Shown: in pieces, positions 16,410 through 26,402 of the stretch
Layout of the letters: every line of letters begins with the position of its first letter
Numbering within the stretch: the stretch's first letter is position 1
Notes under the pieces: model-generated
Seen by the model: only the letters and a program-made list of their open reading frames with translations
The model's database searches: none
Told to the model about the DNA's origin: nothing
DNA from: Dehalococcoidia bacterium
Lineage (GTDB): Bacteria; Chloroflexota; Dehalococcoidia; Plut-88900
Reading direction: 5' to 3'
DNA: 64,000 nt
Assembly (NCBI GenBank): GCA_965249275.1
Contig: CBDFLQ010000006.1
Coordinates: forward strand, 288,001-352,000
Made by a program: the position numbers and the translations under genes

Positions 16410-18089
16410 TTATCCCGTGACCTTCAGCGTCCTCAACCTGTTAATCGCCGCCGCCAGTTCCTGAGGCCGGAAATACGCCAAATTGCCGGGGAGGGGCCGA
16501 GGCGTCAACGCATCTAACCCCGAATCCTCAATCACCCTCTGCACTTCATCGATGATACCCCTCACATCCGTCCCGCTGGTCCTTACCATTTCTGCCATGG
16601 CCTGACCTATAGCCTCTACCTGCCCGTGCTCCACTAGCTGTTCCACCGCCGTTAGATCGATGTCGCTCTCCCCGTAGGTCAGCATCTTCAACCCCCGAGG
16701 CCGCGTATATGACGACCTCCGGCCCTTCACCGGATTCAAAGATCCCGGTATAGGTCTCCTAGTCAATGATGGCTCGAACGCGCCCGCCTGCGCCCCTTTT
16801 CTCCCTGTCGGGTAGACCCGAGCCACCTCCCGAGCCTCCTGCGTCGAGTCCACCGGCACGTATTCCACCATCGATATCACCGTGTCAGCCGCCTCGAAAT
16901 AGTCCCCCGAGCCCCCCATCACCAGCACTGTCGACACCCCGTGCTCTGTGTACATCTGCCTCACCCGGTCCAGAAATGGCGTTATCGGCTCGTGCCGCCT
17001 CTCTATCAGTGCCTCCATCCTCCGGTCCCGGATCATGAAGTTTGTCGCCGAAGAGTCCTCGTCCAACAGCAATACCCTGCACCCCGACTCCAGCGCCTCG
17101 ATGATGTTAGCCGCTTGGGACGTAGCCCCGCTCGCGTTCAGCGTGCTGAACTTCCTGGTATCAAGGCCGCCCGGTAGCCCCGATATAAACGGCGATATGT
17201 CCACACCCGCCACACTCCGACCATCCTCCGCCCTGATCTTTACCGCCGTAGGGTCCGTCACTACCAGCTCCCGACCGTCCCCCGGCACGTGGTTGTACAC
17301 GCCCCTCTCGAGTGCCCTCAAGAGTGTCGACTTCCCGTGAAACCCACCCCCGACTATCAACGTGACTCCCTTAGGAACCCCCATCCCCACCACCCGACCC
17401 CTATTAGGCAGCGTGAACTCCCGACGTAACGTCTCCGGCGAACGGAACGGAATTCCTCCGTCCAAAGGCCCGGCCTCCGCCCCGCTCTTTCTGGGAAGTA
17501 TGCTGCCATCCGCCACAAACGTCACTAACCCCGCCACGTCCAGCATGCCTCTCAGACTGTCCGCGTCCTCTGCTGCCATCACGTGCCTCGCCACCGCATC
17601 TCCGTCCACATTCACGTACAGTAGTGAAGCGTGCACCGCTGCAGGCAATTGCCTAACCAGAATGTCCTCCGCCTCCCGACCCAGTACCCTCCGCCCCGCC
17701 GCTGGTAGTCCGACCAGGAATCGCACCTCCACCGACTCCTCATCGACCAACACCGCGCTCCGTTCCAACACCTCTTGCCCCGGCAAGGTCGCCGGCCTCA
17801 TCCCCCCATCCCTCGTCGCCACCTTCCTAAGAGCCCCGACCCACGACCTCAATATCCAGTCGCGCAGCGCTATCTCCCGAGACCGAGACTCAAACAGATG
17901 CGCCGGGAACAGAGCCACTCTCTGCGGCACCCTAACATGAACTCTGCTCGGCGAGGCGAACGGGTCCCTTTGCACGTGGTCGATGTTCAGCGTGAACACG
18001 TCGAAAGCGAACCGTTGACCGCTCAGCTCTTTATACGCCCCGTATCCCCGACCATCGATTCCCCTTAATATCTCCCTGAGTCTCTCCAC
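16410..18089 (-). CDS. Predicted ATPase of the ABC class (stand-alone)
   Basis: DHVQRDPFASPS N-domain, Walker A GGGFHGKST, RAEDGR, ASGATSQAA, Walker B LLLDED. Confidence 0.9.
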   Translation of the reverse strand: MERLREILRGIDGRGYGAYKELSGQRFAFDVFTLNIDHVQRDPFASPSRVHVRVPQRVALFPAHLFESRSREIALRDWILRSWVGALRKVATRDGGMRPATLPGQEVLERSAVLVDEESVEVRFLVGLPAAGRRVLGREAEDILVRQLPAAVHASLLYVNVDGDAVARHVMAAEDADSLRGMLDVAGLVTFVADGSILPRKSGAEAGPLDGGIPFRSPETLRREFTLPNRGRVVGMGVPKGVTLIVGGGFHGKSTLLRALERGVYNHVPGDGRELVVTDPTAVKIRAEDGRSVAGVDISPFISGLPGGLDTRKFSTLNASGATSQAANIIEALESGCRVLLLDEDSSATNFMIRDRRMEALIERRHEPITPFLDRVRQMYTEHGVSTVLVMGGSGDYFEAADTVISMVEYVPVDSTQEAREVARVYPTGRKGAQAGAFEPSLTRRPIPGSLNPVKGRRSSYTRPRGLKMLTYGESDIDLTAVEQLVEHGQVEAIGQAMAEMVRTSGTDVRGIIDEVQRVIEDSGLDALTPRPLPGNLAYFRPQELAAAINRLRTLKVTG

Positions 18090-18209
18090 GTATCTCTCCG
18101 GTCCCGTCTTTTATTTCCTGCGATAATGTGAGAAAACTATATCAGCCCCTTCAACACACAGGGGTGATCCCCACTACCCTATTTCTATTGACACCCATAA
18201 GGAGCAAAC

Positions 18210-20804
18210 ATGGCGACCGGCCCCGCCCGACAACTACCCAACTCCGTCCTTCCCGAGAAATACCGCCTTTCCCTCACCCCCGACCTCCAGAACTTCACTT
18301 TCGAGGGCCATGTAGACATCGATGTAAACATAGAAACCCCAGTAACCGACATCGTCCTCAATGCCGCGGAACTTGCACTCCACGAGGCAACTCTTACACA
18401 GGGAGAAACCGTCATACAAGCCCGTTCTATTGCCGTCGATGAAGAAGCCGAAACGGCCACCATTACCCTTGAGTCGGAGGCCGCCCCCGGCCCCGCCACT
18501 CTCTCTATCTCCTACCGCGGCACCCTTAACGACCAGCTAAAGGGTTTCTACCGCAGCCGCTATCAGGACACCAAAGGCAACGAGCAATACCTTGCCACCA
18601 CCCAATTTGAGGCCACCGACGCCCGCCGCGCACTGCCCTGCTGGGACGAACCCGCTCTCAAGGCAACCTTCCAGGTTTCCATGACTGTCCCGTCTAATCT
18701 CACCGCCGTCTCCAATACCCCGGCGACAAGCGAGTCCGACGCGGGCGATGGCCTCAAGACCGTCTCTTTCGCAGAGACTCCTCGCATGTCTACCTATCTC
18801 CTCGCCTTCATCGTCGGCGACCTCGCCAGCGTAGAAGCCACCGCGCCTAACGGCACCCTCATGCGGGTATTCGCTACCCGCGGCAACGAGCATCTCGGCC
18901 AATTCGCCCTCGATACCGCCATTCGTCTCCTGGAGTATTACAACGACTATTTCGGCATTCCCTACCCATTGGAGAAACTCGACCACTTCGCCATCCCCGA
19001 CTTCGCTGCCGGCGCTATGGAAAACTGGGGAGCAATCACCTACCGTGAGGTAGCCCTTCTCTTCGACCCCGAGAACTCCGCCGCCCCCACCCGCCAGCGC
19101 ATCGTCGAGATCATCGCCCACGAAATGGCCCACATGTGGTTCGGTGACCTCGTTACCATGGACTGGTGGGACGACCTCTGGCTCAACGAAAGCTTCGCCT
19201 CCTGGATGGGCAACAAAGCCACCGACGCCCTCTACCCCGAGTGGTCAATGTGGACACAGTTCTTGTATCAGGATATCGGTGAGGGCCTCCGCATTGACGC
19301 TCTTCGCAATTCGCACCCCATTGAGGCCAATGTCAAGGATCCCGGAGAAATCCGGGAAATATTCGACGCCATTTCTTACAGCAAGGGTGCTTCCATTCTC
19401 TGGATGCTTGAGCAGTACCTCGGTGAAGACGCCTTCCGACAAGGGCTCCGCACCTACCTCTCTCGACACATGTACGGCAACGCCCGTGGCGCCGATCTGT
19501 GGCAAGCTATGGAAGACGAGTCTGGTCAGCCCGTCATCTCCCTAATGGATTCCTGGATAAAGCAGACCGGCTTCCCCGTCCTTACCATCGAGACCTCCAC
19601 TGACGGCAAAACCTTGTCCCTTACCCAAGAACGCTTCCTCTACGACCGCCTCGCCGGTCAAGACCCCGGCCCCACCACCTGGAAGGTTCCCGTCAGTGTC
19701 ATCACCTCCAATAGTCCTCCCACCCCACCCGTCCTTATGGAAAGTTCCAGTATTACAATCCCTGGAGGGCCGGAATCCGGTAAGAGTCGTTGGACTAAAG
19801 TTAACCCTGGCCAAACGGGCTTCTACCGAGTCCGCTACTCCCCCGACGCCCTCTCCCCCCTACTCGATGCTGCCTCCTCATTCGAGCTCCCTCCCACCGA
19901 CCGCCTCGGCCTCCAGTCTGACCTCTTTGCCCTCGTACGGGCCGGTATGGAGCCCGCAACCCGATACCTGGACCTCGTCGGCGCCTACAAGGCCGAGACC
20001 GACGCCACCGTTTGGACAGACCTGTCCACCAACCTCCGAGAGCTTGAAGTCCTCCTCGCCGACCACCCATCCCTTGATCAGCTGCGCGCCTTCAATAAGA
20101 CCGTATATGAAGACATCGCGTCGCGGCTTGGCTGGGAAGAGTCCCCCGGCGAAGGCCACCTCGACGCCCTGCTCCGCACGACTGTTTTAGCCCGCGCAGG
20201 CGGCCTCGGCAACGAGTCCGTCTTGGAAGAGGCACGAGACCGCTTTCAGGAATCCTTGCGGGACCCCGCCTCCCTCCGCGCCGACATTAGGGGCGTCGTC
20301 TACTCTCTCGTCGCCTTGGACGCCGACCGCGACCTCTATGACACTCTCTGGGACATGGAAAAGAGGGCTACCCTCCAGGAAGAGAAGCGACGCCTCCTCG
20401 GCGCCGTCTCCCGCCCCAGGGACCCGATTCTCCTGCAAGAGACCCTTGAACGTTCCCTCTCCGACGATGTCCGTTCCCAGGACACCCCACTCGTAATCAT
20501 CAGCGTCGCCGCCAACCGATTCGGTCGGGACCTGACCTGGGACTTCGTCAAGGAGAACTGGTCCGAGTTCGACCGCCGCTACGGCAAGGGCGGCTTCATG
20601 ATCATGCGCCTCGTCTCCATCACTGAAGACTTCAACACAATCGAGAGAGCTGACGAAGTCGAGGCCTTCTTCGAAGCCAACCCAGTTGCCGGCGCCCAGC
20701 GCACCGTTCAACAGTCCCTGGAGAGCATCCGCCTCAACGCCCGATGGCTGGACCTAAACGCCAACCAAATCGCCAACTGGCTAAACACCCACCCCTCCAT
20801 TTAG
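18210..20804 (+). CDS. pepN: M1 family aminopeptidase (PepN/puromycin-sensitive type)
   Basis: GAMENWG, HEMAH-x18-E (WLNES), YSKG; ERAP1-like C-terminus. Confidence 0.93.
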   Translation: MATGPARQLPNSVLPEKYRLSLTPDLQNFTFEGHVDIDVNIETPVTDIVLNAAELALHEATLTQGETVIQARSIAVDEEAETATITLESEAAPGPATLSISYRGTLNDQLKGFYRSRYQDTKGNEQYLATTQFEATDARRALPCWDEPALKATFQVSMTVPSNLTAVSNTPATSESDAGDGLKTVSFAETPRMSTYLLAFIVGDLASVEATAPNGTLMRVFATRGNEHLGQFALDTAIRLLEYYNDYFGIPYPLEKLDHFAIPDFAAGAMENWGAITYREVALLFDPENSAAPTRQRIVEIIAHEMAHMWFGDLVTMDWWDDLWLNESFASWMGNKATDALYPEWSMWTQFLYQDIGEGLRIDALRNSHPIEANVKDPGEIREIFDAISYSKGASILWMLEQYLGEDAFRQGLRTYLSRHMYGNARGADLWQAMEDESGQPVISLMDSWIKQTGFPVLTIETSTDGKTLSLTQERFLYDRLAGQDPGPTTWKVPVSVITSNSPPTPPVLMESSSITIPGGPESGKSRWTKVNPGQTGFYRVRYSPDALSPLLDAASSFELPPTDRLGLQSDLFALVRAGMEPATRYLDLVGAYKAETDATVWTDLSTNLRELEVLLADHPSLDQLRAFNKTVYEDIASRLGWEESPGEGHLDALLRTTVLARAGGLGNESVLEEARDRFQESLRDPASLRADIRGVVYSLVALDADRDLYDTLWDMEKRATLQEEKRRLLGAVSRPRDPILLQETLERSLSDDVRSQDTPLVIISVAANRFGRDLTWDFVKENWSEFDRRYGKGGFMIMRLVSITEDFNTIERADEVEAFFEANPVAGAQRTVQQSLESIRLNARWLDLNANQIANWLNTHPSI

Positions 20805-20842
20805 AGCAGTGGTCGTCCTCCGTTCCGTGTGATGACTCTTAT

Positions 20843-21007
20843 CCCCTCTCCCTCGATGGGACCCTTGCATAACCCATTTGGGAGGAACTGGGGCCGCTCA
20901 TGCTGAGACTCTCGAAGTATGAGAGGGGGAGGGAGGAAAGGTGATCTGGATGGCGCCACTGGCGTGAGAGGCTAGGGCAGAATACTCGCCAAGGAGAGTG
21001 AGGGTGG
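20843..21007 (+). repeat. Composite family A repeat with truncated MITE and micro-hairpin inserts
   Basis: Same architecture as 1715-1935 with an internal deletion. Confidence 0.75.
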
Positions 21008-21027
21008 AATCCCTACTCTCTTTGACA

Positions 21028-21062
21028 AAACATGGGAACCTGTTTAGCAGGTTCCCATGTTT
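21028..21062. terminator. Probable bidirectional terminator between convergent genes
   Basis: 15-bp stem AAACATGGGAACCTG/CAGGTTCCCATGTTT. Confidence 0.7.
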
Positions 21063-21104
21063 CCAAATACAAGTTAGGGCGGACGGATCAACCTTATCCT
21101 TGGA

Positions 21105-22121
21105 TCACAAAACTTCCTTCAACCCTTCCTCCAGCTCGTCCAAAGATGCGTAACCCTCGTACTTGGCCTTTATCACTCCATCGCCGTCGATGATGAACAC
21201 CCAGGACTCGTTAAGGTAGTCCTCGGGCTCAGTTAAACCCCAGTCCACCGCCACGGGTGAGTATATCCCCATGTCGAGGCTCGACTGGATTTCTACCGGG
21301 TTGTCGTAGATTTCTACGTGAATAAAGTTGGCCTGCTCTGCATACAGGTTTTTCAATTCAGTAACCGTGTCGACCTGCGGCCCGCACGTCGGTGATGTAC
21401 AGAACCCGGGGCTCGACATCACCACTACAGACGGCATCCCCGATTCTAGTGCCTCCGCTATGGTTAGTTGGTACAGGTCGATATCTGCCCGAGGCCAGGT
21501 CGTTATCTCCGTCAATCCCGCCTCGTCCGTCGCCGTTTTGTTAACCGTGAGAGGCGGCGTAGAGCCAATATTCGGCGTGAAGGTTGCCTCTTTGACCTCT
21601 ATATCCATCACCGCAGAAGCCAAGGTTTCCTCACCCCGAGCCACAACCGCTTCGATTTGCCAGTCGCCCGTCTTGTCGAAAGTCAGCTCCGAGACGTAGT
21701 TCCCCCGGGTCCCGAACGGCCACAAGTGGAACCTCCCCGTCACTTTTTCCACTTCATCCCCGTCGTACAGGCTCCTCACCTGAATCTGGGGCAGCGTCAC
21801 CAGCCCCTCAGAAGTCTGAAGCACGAAGGAAATTCTGTTGGCCCCGACACCCAGGTCTTTGGTTCCCAGCAGCCCTTCCAGGTCCGGGAAAGTAAGCGCG
21901 GCCATTGCCGCTGGGGTTTCCGTGGGGGCCTCCGAAGGGGTCTCGGTGGGGATTGTAATTGGCGTCGCAGTAGCGGGTGTTGTTCCTCCACCACAGGCCT
22001 GCAATGCTAGCAGGCCGGCGGCTAAGGCGAGTACAAGAATGGCCAGTCTCCTGGCCCTTCGAGTCTTCTGACCCAATTTAGAAGCCCGTGGCGTAGGATC
22101 CGAACGTGAATGCAAAGACAT
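21105..22121 (-). CDS. Lipoprotein with C-terminal thioredoxin-like domain (start may be TTG 22076)
   Basis: Lipobox-like LQAC, Pro/Thr linker, FCTSPTCG, FIHVEIY, WVFIIDGDG. Confidence 0.78.
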   Translation of the reverse strand: MSLHSRSDPTPRASKLGQKTRRARRLAILVLALAAGLLALQACGGGTTPATATPITIPTETPSEAPTETPAAMAALTFPDLEGLLGTKDLGVGANRISFVLQTSEGLVTLPQIQVRSLYDGDEVEKVTGRFHLWPFGTRGNYVSELTFDKTGDWQIEAVVARGEETLASAVMDIEVKEATFTPNIGSTPPLTVNKTATDEAGLTEITTWPRADIDLYQLTIAEALESGMPSVVVMSSPGFCTSPTCGPQVDTVTELKNLYAEQANFIHVEIYDNPVEIQSSLDMGIYSPVAVDWGLTEPEDYLNESWVFIIDGDGVIKAKYEGYASLDELEEGLKEVL

Positions 22122-23346
22122 TGAAGTCCTCCGAATTGGAGCTAAGTTTCAGTTCGTGGCTCCCGTACGCCGGTAACAGTATCAGACTATACAACCTCGG
22201 CTCGTCCACCGTGATCACCGTCATCTCTTCCCCGTTCAGACGCAAGTCTTCGCCCCAAGCTTCCTGTGCTACAGGCTTATCGTCGATGGTTATAACCACG
22301 TCGTATGGGTCTGCACCCTCGGTGTTGATTACGACATTTACAGACGTACCGAAGAACCTGAGGGCTATGTAGTCCTCCAGGTTCTCGGTTGCCCTTCCGT
22401 GCTCAATGCTCTCCGGGCCGTTAATCCAGTGACCCTTCAGGTATAGGTAGTGGTTCCTGTGCTGGCCCGGGTCTTCGTATTCATTTGAGGTGTTAAAGTC
22501 CGTGAAGAAGTACTCGTTGTTGCCGTAATACGGTATCTGCGCTCCCATGTTCCGGTCCGTGCCGGCATACAGCTCCCGAGTCTGGAGAACCCTGCCATCC
22601 TCGTCGAAGGCCCCTTCGTCCAGCTCTGGCCCTGCGTCCCTGTTCGCCTGGATGTCGGACACGTCAGCCCCGATCTCTTCAAGCAGGTCCCGGATCCATT
22701 CTTCAGTCTCGTCATACCGCCCTTCTCCGAAGTGCCTGTAACGGATCACGCCTTCGTGGTCTATCAGGTATTTGGCCGGCCAGTACCGGTTGTTGTACGA
22801 CCGCCACGTCCTGAAGTCGTTGTCCTGGGCCATTCGCCAGCCCAGGTCGTGCTGCTCGACTGCCGCCAAAACGTTGTCGAAGTCCTTCTCGAACTCGAAC
22901 TCCGGCGTGTGAACCCCGACTATGTTTAGGCCCAGGTCGGCATATTTCTCATGCCATTCTCTAAGGTACGGCAGCGTCCTGAGGCAGTTGACGCACGTGT
23001 ACGTCCAAAAGTCGACTAGAACAACCTCTCCCCGAAGGCTGGCCAGCGTGAACTCATCGGTGTTGACCCAGCCGGATATGCCACTCAGGTCAGGCGCGAG
23101 GCTTCCCACCTCACCCGCCACTTCCGAATACACTTTCGGCGTCGGCATCTCCACCGGCTCCGAGGGCGTTGCAGTAGGATCAGTCGTGGCTGTGGTGTCA
23201 GACGTATCCTCTTCGGTTGCTGTAGCGGTATTGTCCTCACCCGCAGGGGCGCGCTCATTTCCGCACGCAACCGCTGTTACTGCCAGAATCAGCAGTACGG
23301 CAACTAGTCCCAGCCCCATCCTCATCAATCGGCGATATTTCCTCAT
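22078..23346 (-). CDS. Redoxin-domain lipoprotein (DipZ C-terminal-like)
   Basis: AVAC lipobox, DFWTYTCVNC, GVHTPEFEFEK, YWPAKYLID, AFTFG end. Confidence 0.88.
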   Translation of the reverse strand: MRKYRRLMRMGLGLVAVLLILAVTAVACGNERAPAGEDNTATATEEDTSDTTATTDPTATPSEPVEMPTPKVYSEVAGEVGSLAPDLSGISGWVNTDEFTLASLRGEVVLVDFWTYTCVNCLRTLPYLREWHEKYADLGLNIVGVHTPEFEFEKDFDNVLAAVEQHDLGWRMAQDNDFRTWRSYNNRYWPAKYLIDHEGVIRYRHFGEGRYDETEEWIRDLLEEIGADVSDIQANRDAGPELDEGAFDEDGRVLQTRELYAGTDRNMGAQIPYYGNNEYFFTDFNTSNEYEDPGQHRNHYLYLKGHWINGPESIEHGRATENLEDYIALRFFGTSVNVVINTEGADPYDVVITIDDKPVAQEAWGEDLRLNGEEMTVITVDEPRLYSLILLPAYGSHELKLSSNSEDFNVFAFTFGSYATGF

Positions 23347-23485
23347 ACTTGTCCTTTCAATGGTCTACTCGGACGCCCCGTCTTCGGCACGTGCCCTGGT
23401 CTTCAAGTTCTCCACCATACATCATCTTGTCCAGGTTAGATAACGTTCAGGATCGGCAAAGGTAATGTGTCCAATCGCATCTAAC

Positions 23486-24856
23486 CTAATTTTGCCATAT
23501 TGCGCCGGCCACTGAGACCAAAGACCCGCCCATAGGGTCCGCCGGACACTGATCATAAGCTGTAACTTCCCCCGACACCCCCTCTCCCATCACCCGAAGT
23601 GCCAGGTATATAGGCGTCAATCCGCAAATGCGCCTCTGGTCCTGCTCTCTCCGTATCCCTTCCAGGAAACCCTCGGCATCTCCATTACAGGCAGCCTCAA
23701 GAGACAGGTAGTCGGCTCTCAAGAGAGCCGCTCGCTCGTTCCGGCCCCACGGCGCGTGGTCCCCGAAAACCGGGCCTACGTGCGCCAGGTCCCCCGCAGC
23801 TATTACCAAGGTCTTTCGACTCTCCATCACCCCCCGCAACTCCGACACCACAAAATCGAACGCCGCTTCCCCCTCCGCCACCCCACCCCCATTAACATAC
23901 CTACCCATATGACCGCACAGAACGGGCAAAACGTGAGGCAAACGCCCCTTGGGATTTGCCTTCCTAACCAGGTAGTGTAACCAGACCAGTGCCAACTCTA
24001 TCGAGTGCTCCTTGATGTGGTGCTCCTCTTCCTCAAACGCCGACTCCCCACCCAGCCCCGCCGCCAGAGACTTCGCCAACTCTTTGTCCGTGGGAAGCGG
24101 ACCCCACGGTGTCGCGTAGCTCTGTAGAGTCGGAGTTATCTTGCAGTCCCCCCCTGCATGGTCCGTCCCGAGAATTATTGCCAATTCACACTCTGCCGCC
24201 GCATCGGAAACATGCCGCCATGTCTTCGCATAGCTCCGGTGCCCTCGATGATAATCAATATGCGGACTCAGCACCCCCATCACGCGCCCCTCCGCCCCCG
24301 GTGAGGGGACGTCCTCATTCCGTTCGCCCTGATCTGCCGTAAGTCCGCCTGTGGAGGATCGAAGGGTTGATCGAACGGGATGAGGGCGTTGGGTTGGAGT
24401 TCTCTCAGTATGAAGAGGCTCCTCCCCCACCTCCTCCATATACCTATCAAACGTCTTCTCCAAAACAACCGGGTCCGCCGGATAGCTGGGCCCGGCCAAA
24501 GCGGGAGTCCTGTATGGCAAACCGCGGTACGACTCCAGCATCCGCGCCCGAGCCTCCTCGAATCGGGTCCCTTCCAACAGGAGCGCCTCGTCCAGGCGGC
24601 CAAAGAACGCGTCCACCTGTTCCTGCGTAATCGAAATCCCGTGAAGCAGCATAGCCGCCGTCCTGATGCTCGGCAGGTCCCTCTGCCCGTCGCTGAGAGC
24701 CAAGAGAGGAATCAACTGCACCGGTGCAAGAAGCTCCTCTCCCGAAAGCGACATCGGGTCCCGCAAATGCAGATACTCCCGACCCCCCTGCTGCACCCTC
24801 TTTATGTCCAAGGCTCTAAGCTTGGGCCGCAAATTCAAATCCCTCATCGCGCCCAA
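23486..24856 (-). CDS. AmmeMemoRadiSam system protein B (MEMO1 family) with internal repeat-derived insert
   Basis: AGPSYP, PHIDY, GTDH, EHSIE, GDLAHVG, ICG motifs. Confidence 0.9.
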   Translation of the reverse strand: MGAMRDLNLRPKLRALDIKRVQQGGREYLHLRDPMSLSGEELLAPVQLIPLLALSDGQRDLPSIRTAAMLLHGISITQEQVDAFFGRLDEALLLEGTRFEEARARMLESYRGLPYRTPALAGPSYPADPVVLEKTFDRYMEEVGEEPLHTERTPTQRPHPVRSTLRSSTGGLTADQGERNEDVPSPGAEGRVMGVLSPHIDYHRGHRSYAKTWRHVSDAAAECELAIILGTDHAGGDCKITPTLQSYATPWGPLPTDKELAKSLAAGLGGESAFEEEEHHIKEHSIELALVWLHYLVRKANPKGRLPHVLPVLCGHMGRYVNGGGVAEGEAAFDFVVSELRGVMESRKTLVIAAGDLAHVGPVFGDHAPWGRNERAALLRADYLSLEAACNGDAEGFLEGIRREQDQRRICGLTPIYLALRVMGEGVSGEVTAYDQCPADPMGGSLVSVAGAIWQN

Positions 24857-24921
24857 GATATCACAACCTACCCGAATCTCACCTATCGTTGAAGATCGTT
24901 GGTCACGCTCTAGGTGCAGAA

Positions 24922-25311
24922 TTAGCTATCCGCCTTAACAGGTTCATCCCCCTCCCACTCCCCCTCACAAATCGTCTCCAGCCACAACACTATCCCAGAC
25001 AACTTCTCATACGCCACAAGCCTCGCACTATCCTCCCTCGACTCCTCCGCCTCCGACACCACCGCCGCCATCTGCCGCACCACCCGAGGCCCCACCTCCA
25101 TCGCACCCTCGCTCCCCGATGTCGCCCATTTAACCAACACGTACCGGGCTATCACACCGACAGGCAAGCCCAGGCTTCGGCTCATCCCTTCCAGTGTAGG
25201 CATCGGGTCTATCCTGCTGTACAACGCCACATCCCGCTTGAAATTGGCGTCGGGATCTGCCTCGTCTATCGATTCTTCGAAAATCTCAAGCCTGACCGTC
25301 GGGCGTTCCAT
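24922..25311 (-). CDS. Conserved hypothetical protein (DUF6027-like, from recollection)
   Basis: DPDANFKRDVALYSRIDPMPTLE...RYVLVKWATSGSE; ATG 25311 avoids overlap with the ROK gene. Confidence 0.6.
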   Translation of the reverse strand: MERPTVRLEIFEESIDEADPDANFKRDVALYSRIDPMPTLEGMSRSLGLPVGVIARYVLVKWATSGSEGAMEVGPRVVRQMAAVVSEAEESREDSARLVAYEKLSGIVLWLETICEGEWEGDEPVKADS

Positions 25312-25387
25312 GTTGCATTGCCTTTCTGTCTTGTCTCGCACCCAATGATATAATGCGCCAACTTTGCCCGTCCCCACCCCACCCCTC

Positions 25388-26386
25388 ATGACACCCGGCG
25401 ACTACAACTCTACGCAATTCATACTTGGCATCGACATAGGTGGCACATCCCTGCGCGCCGCTCTCGCCGACTCCCCATCTTCCATCCTCGCCAAGGCCCG
25501 TCGCCCCGCCCCCGCCGACCAACCCCCCGAGGCCATGGTCGAAGCTATCAGTTCTATGTACCGTAGCCTCCTTGAACAGGTCGGTTCCAGTGGTGCCGTC
25601 GCCGTCGGAGTCTCCTCTCCTGGCCCCGTCGACACCGTTGCCGGAGCCCTTGTCGATCCCCCCAACCTCCCCCAATTCACCACCGTACCCCTCCGGGATA
25701 TGCTCCAACGAGCGTTGGATCTCCCCATTTCACTCGAAAACGACGCCAATGCCGCCGCCATCGCCGAGCATCGAGTCGGCGTGGGCAAAGGGACTCGACA
25801 CATGGCCTACGTGACCCTCAGCACCGGCATCGGAGCAGGTATCATTTCCGATGACCGATTGGTCCGAGGCGCAAGGGGCGCCGCAGGAGAGGTTGGTCAC
25901 ATCAAGCTGATGGTCGATGGCCCCCAATGCGGTTGCGGACAAAACGGCTGCTGGGAAGCCCTCGCCTCCGGCTCCGCAATCCGCAGGGAGGTTCTCCGTC
26001 AAATCAAGGAAGGCCGGGAATCCACCTTGAGCCGCTACGACACCTCCGCCATCGACGCCCAAGCCGTATTCCAGGCAGCTCAATCCGGCGACTCCCTTGC
26101 CACCGAGGTCATCGATAGAGCTGCCTATTTCACCGGCATAGGGCTCTCCGCCGTAGTAGATGTCCTCAACCCAGAAATGGTCATCGTCGGTGGGGGTCTG
26201 ACAAACATGGGCGACCGGATACTCGGTCCCGCATTCAAGACCTGCCGGGATCACATCTTCCCCCTCCACGAAAGATCCCTCCGATTAGAGGTCAGCACCC
26301 TCGGTGACGATGTATCATTGATCGGGGCCCTCGTCCTCGCCGATGAATTGGCCCGTTCAAACGAAGTCCCGACAGGGAACACGTAG
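25388..26386 (+). CDS. ROK family sugar kinase (glucokinase-like)
   Basis: GIDIGGT, LENDANAAA, STGIGAG, GEVGH, CGCGQNGCWE; extended -10 TGATATAAT at 25346-25354. Confidence 0.92.
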   Translation: MTPGDYNSTQFILGIDIGGTSLRAALADSPSSILAKARRPAPADQPPEAMVEAISSMYRSLLEQVGSSGAVAVGVSSPGPVDTVAGALVDPPNLPQFTTVPLRDMLQRALDLPISLENDANAAAIAEHRVGVGKGTRHMAYVTLSTGIGAGIISDDRLVRGARGAAGEVGHIKLMVDGPQCGCGQNGCWEALASGSAIRREVLRQIKEGRESTLSRYDTSAIDAQAVFQAAQSGDSLATEVIDRAAYFTGIGLSAVVDVLNPEMVIVGGGLTNMGDRILGPAFKTCRDHIFPLHERSLRLEVSTLGDDVSLIGALVLADELARSNEVPTGNT

Positions 26387-26402
26387 GTAGGAGTGCCGAC
26401 AT

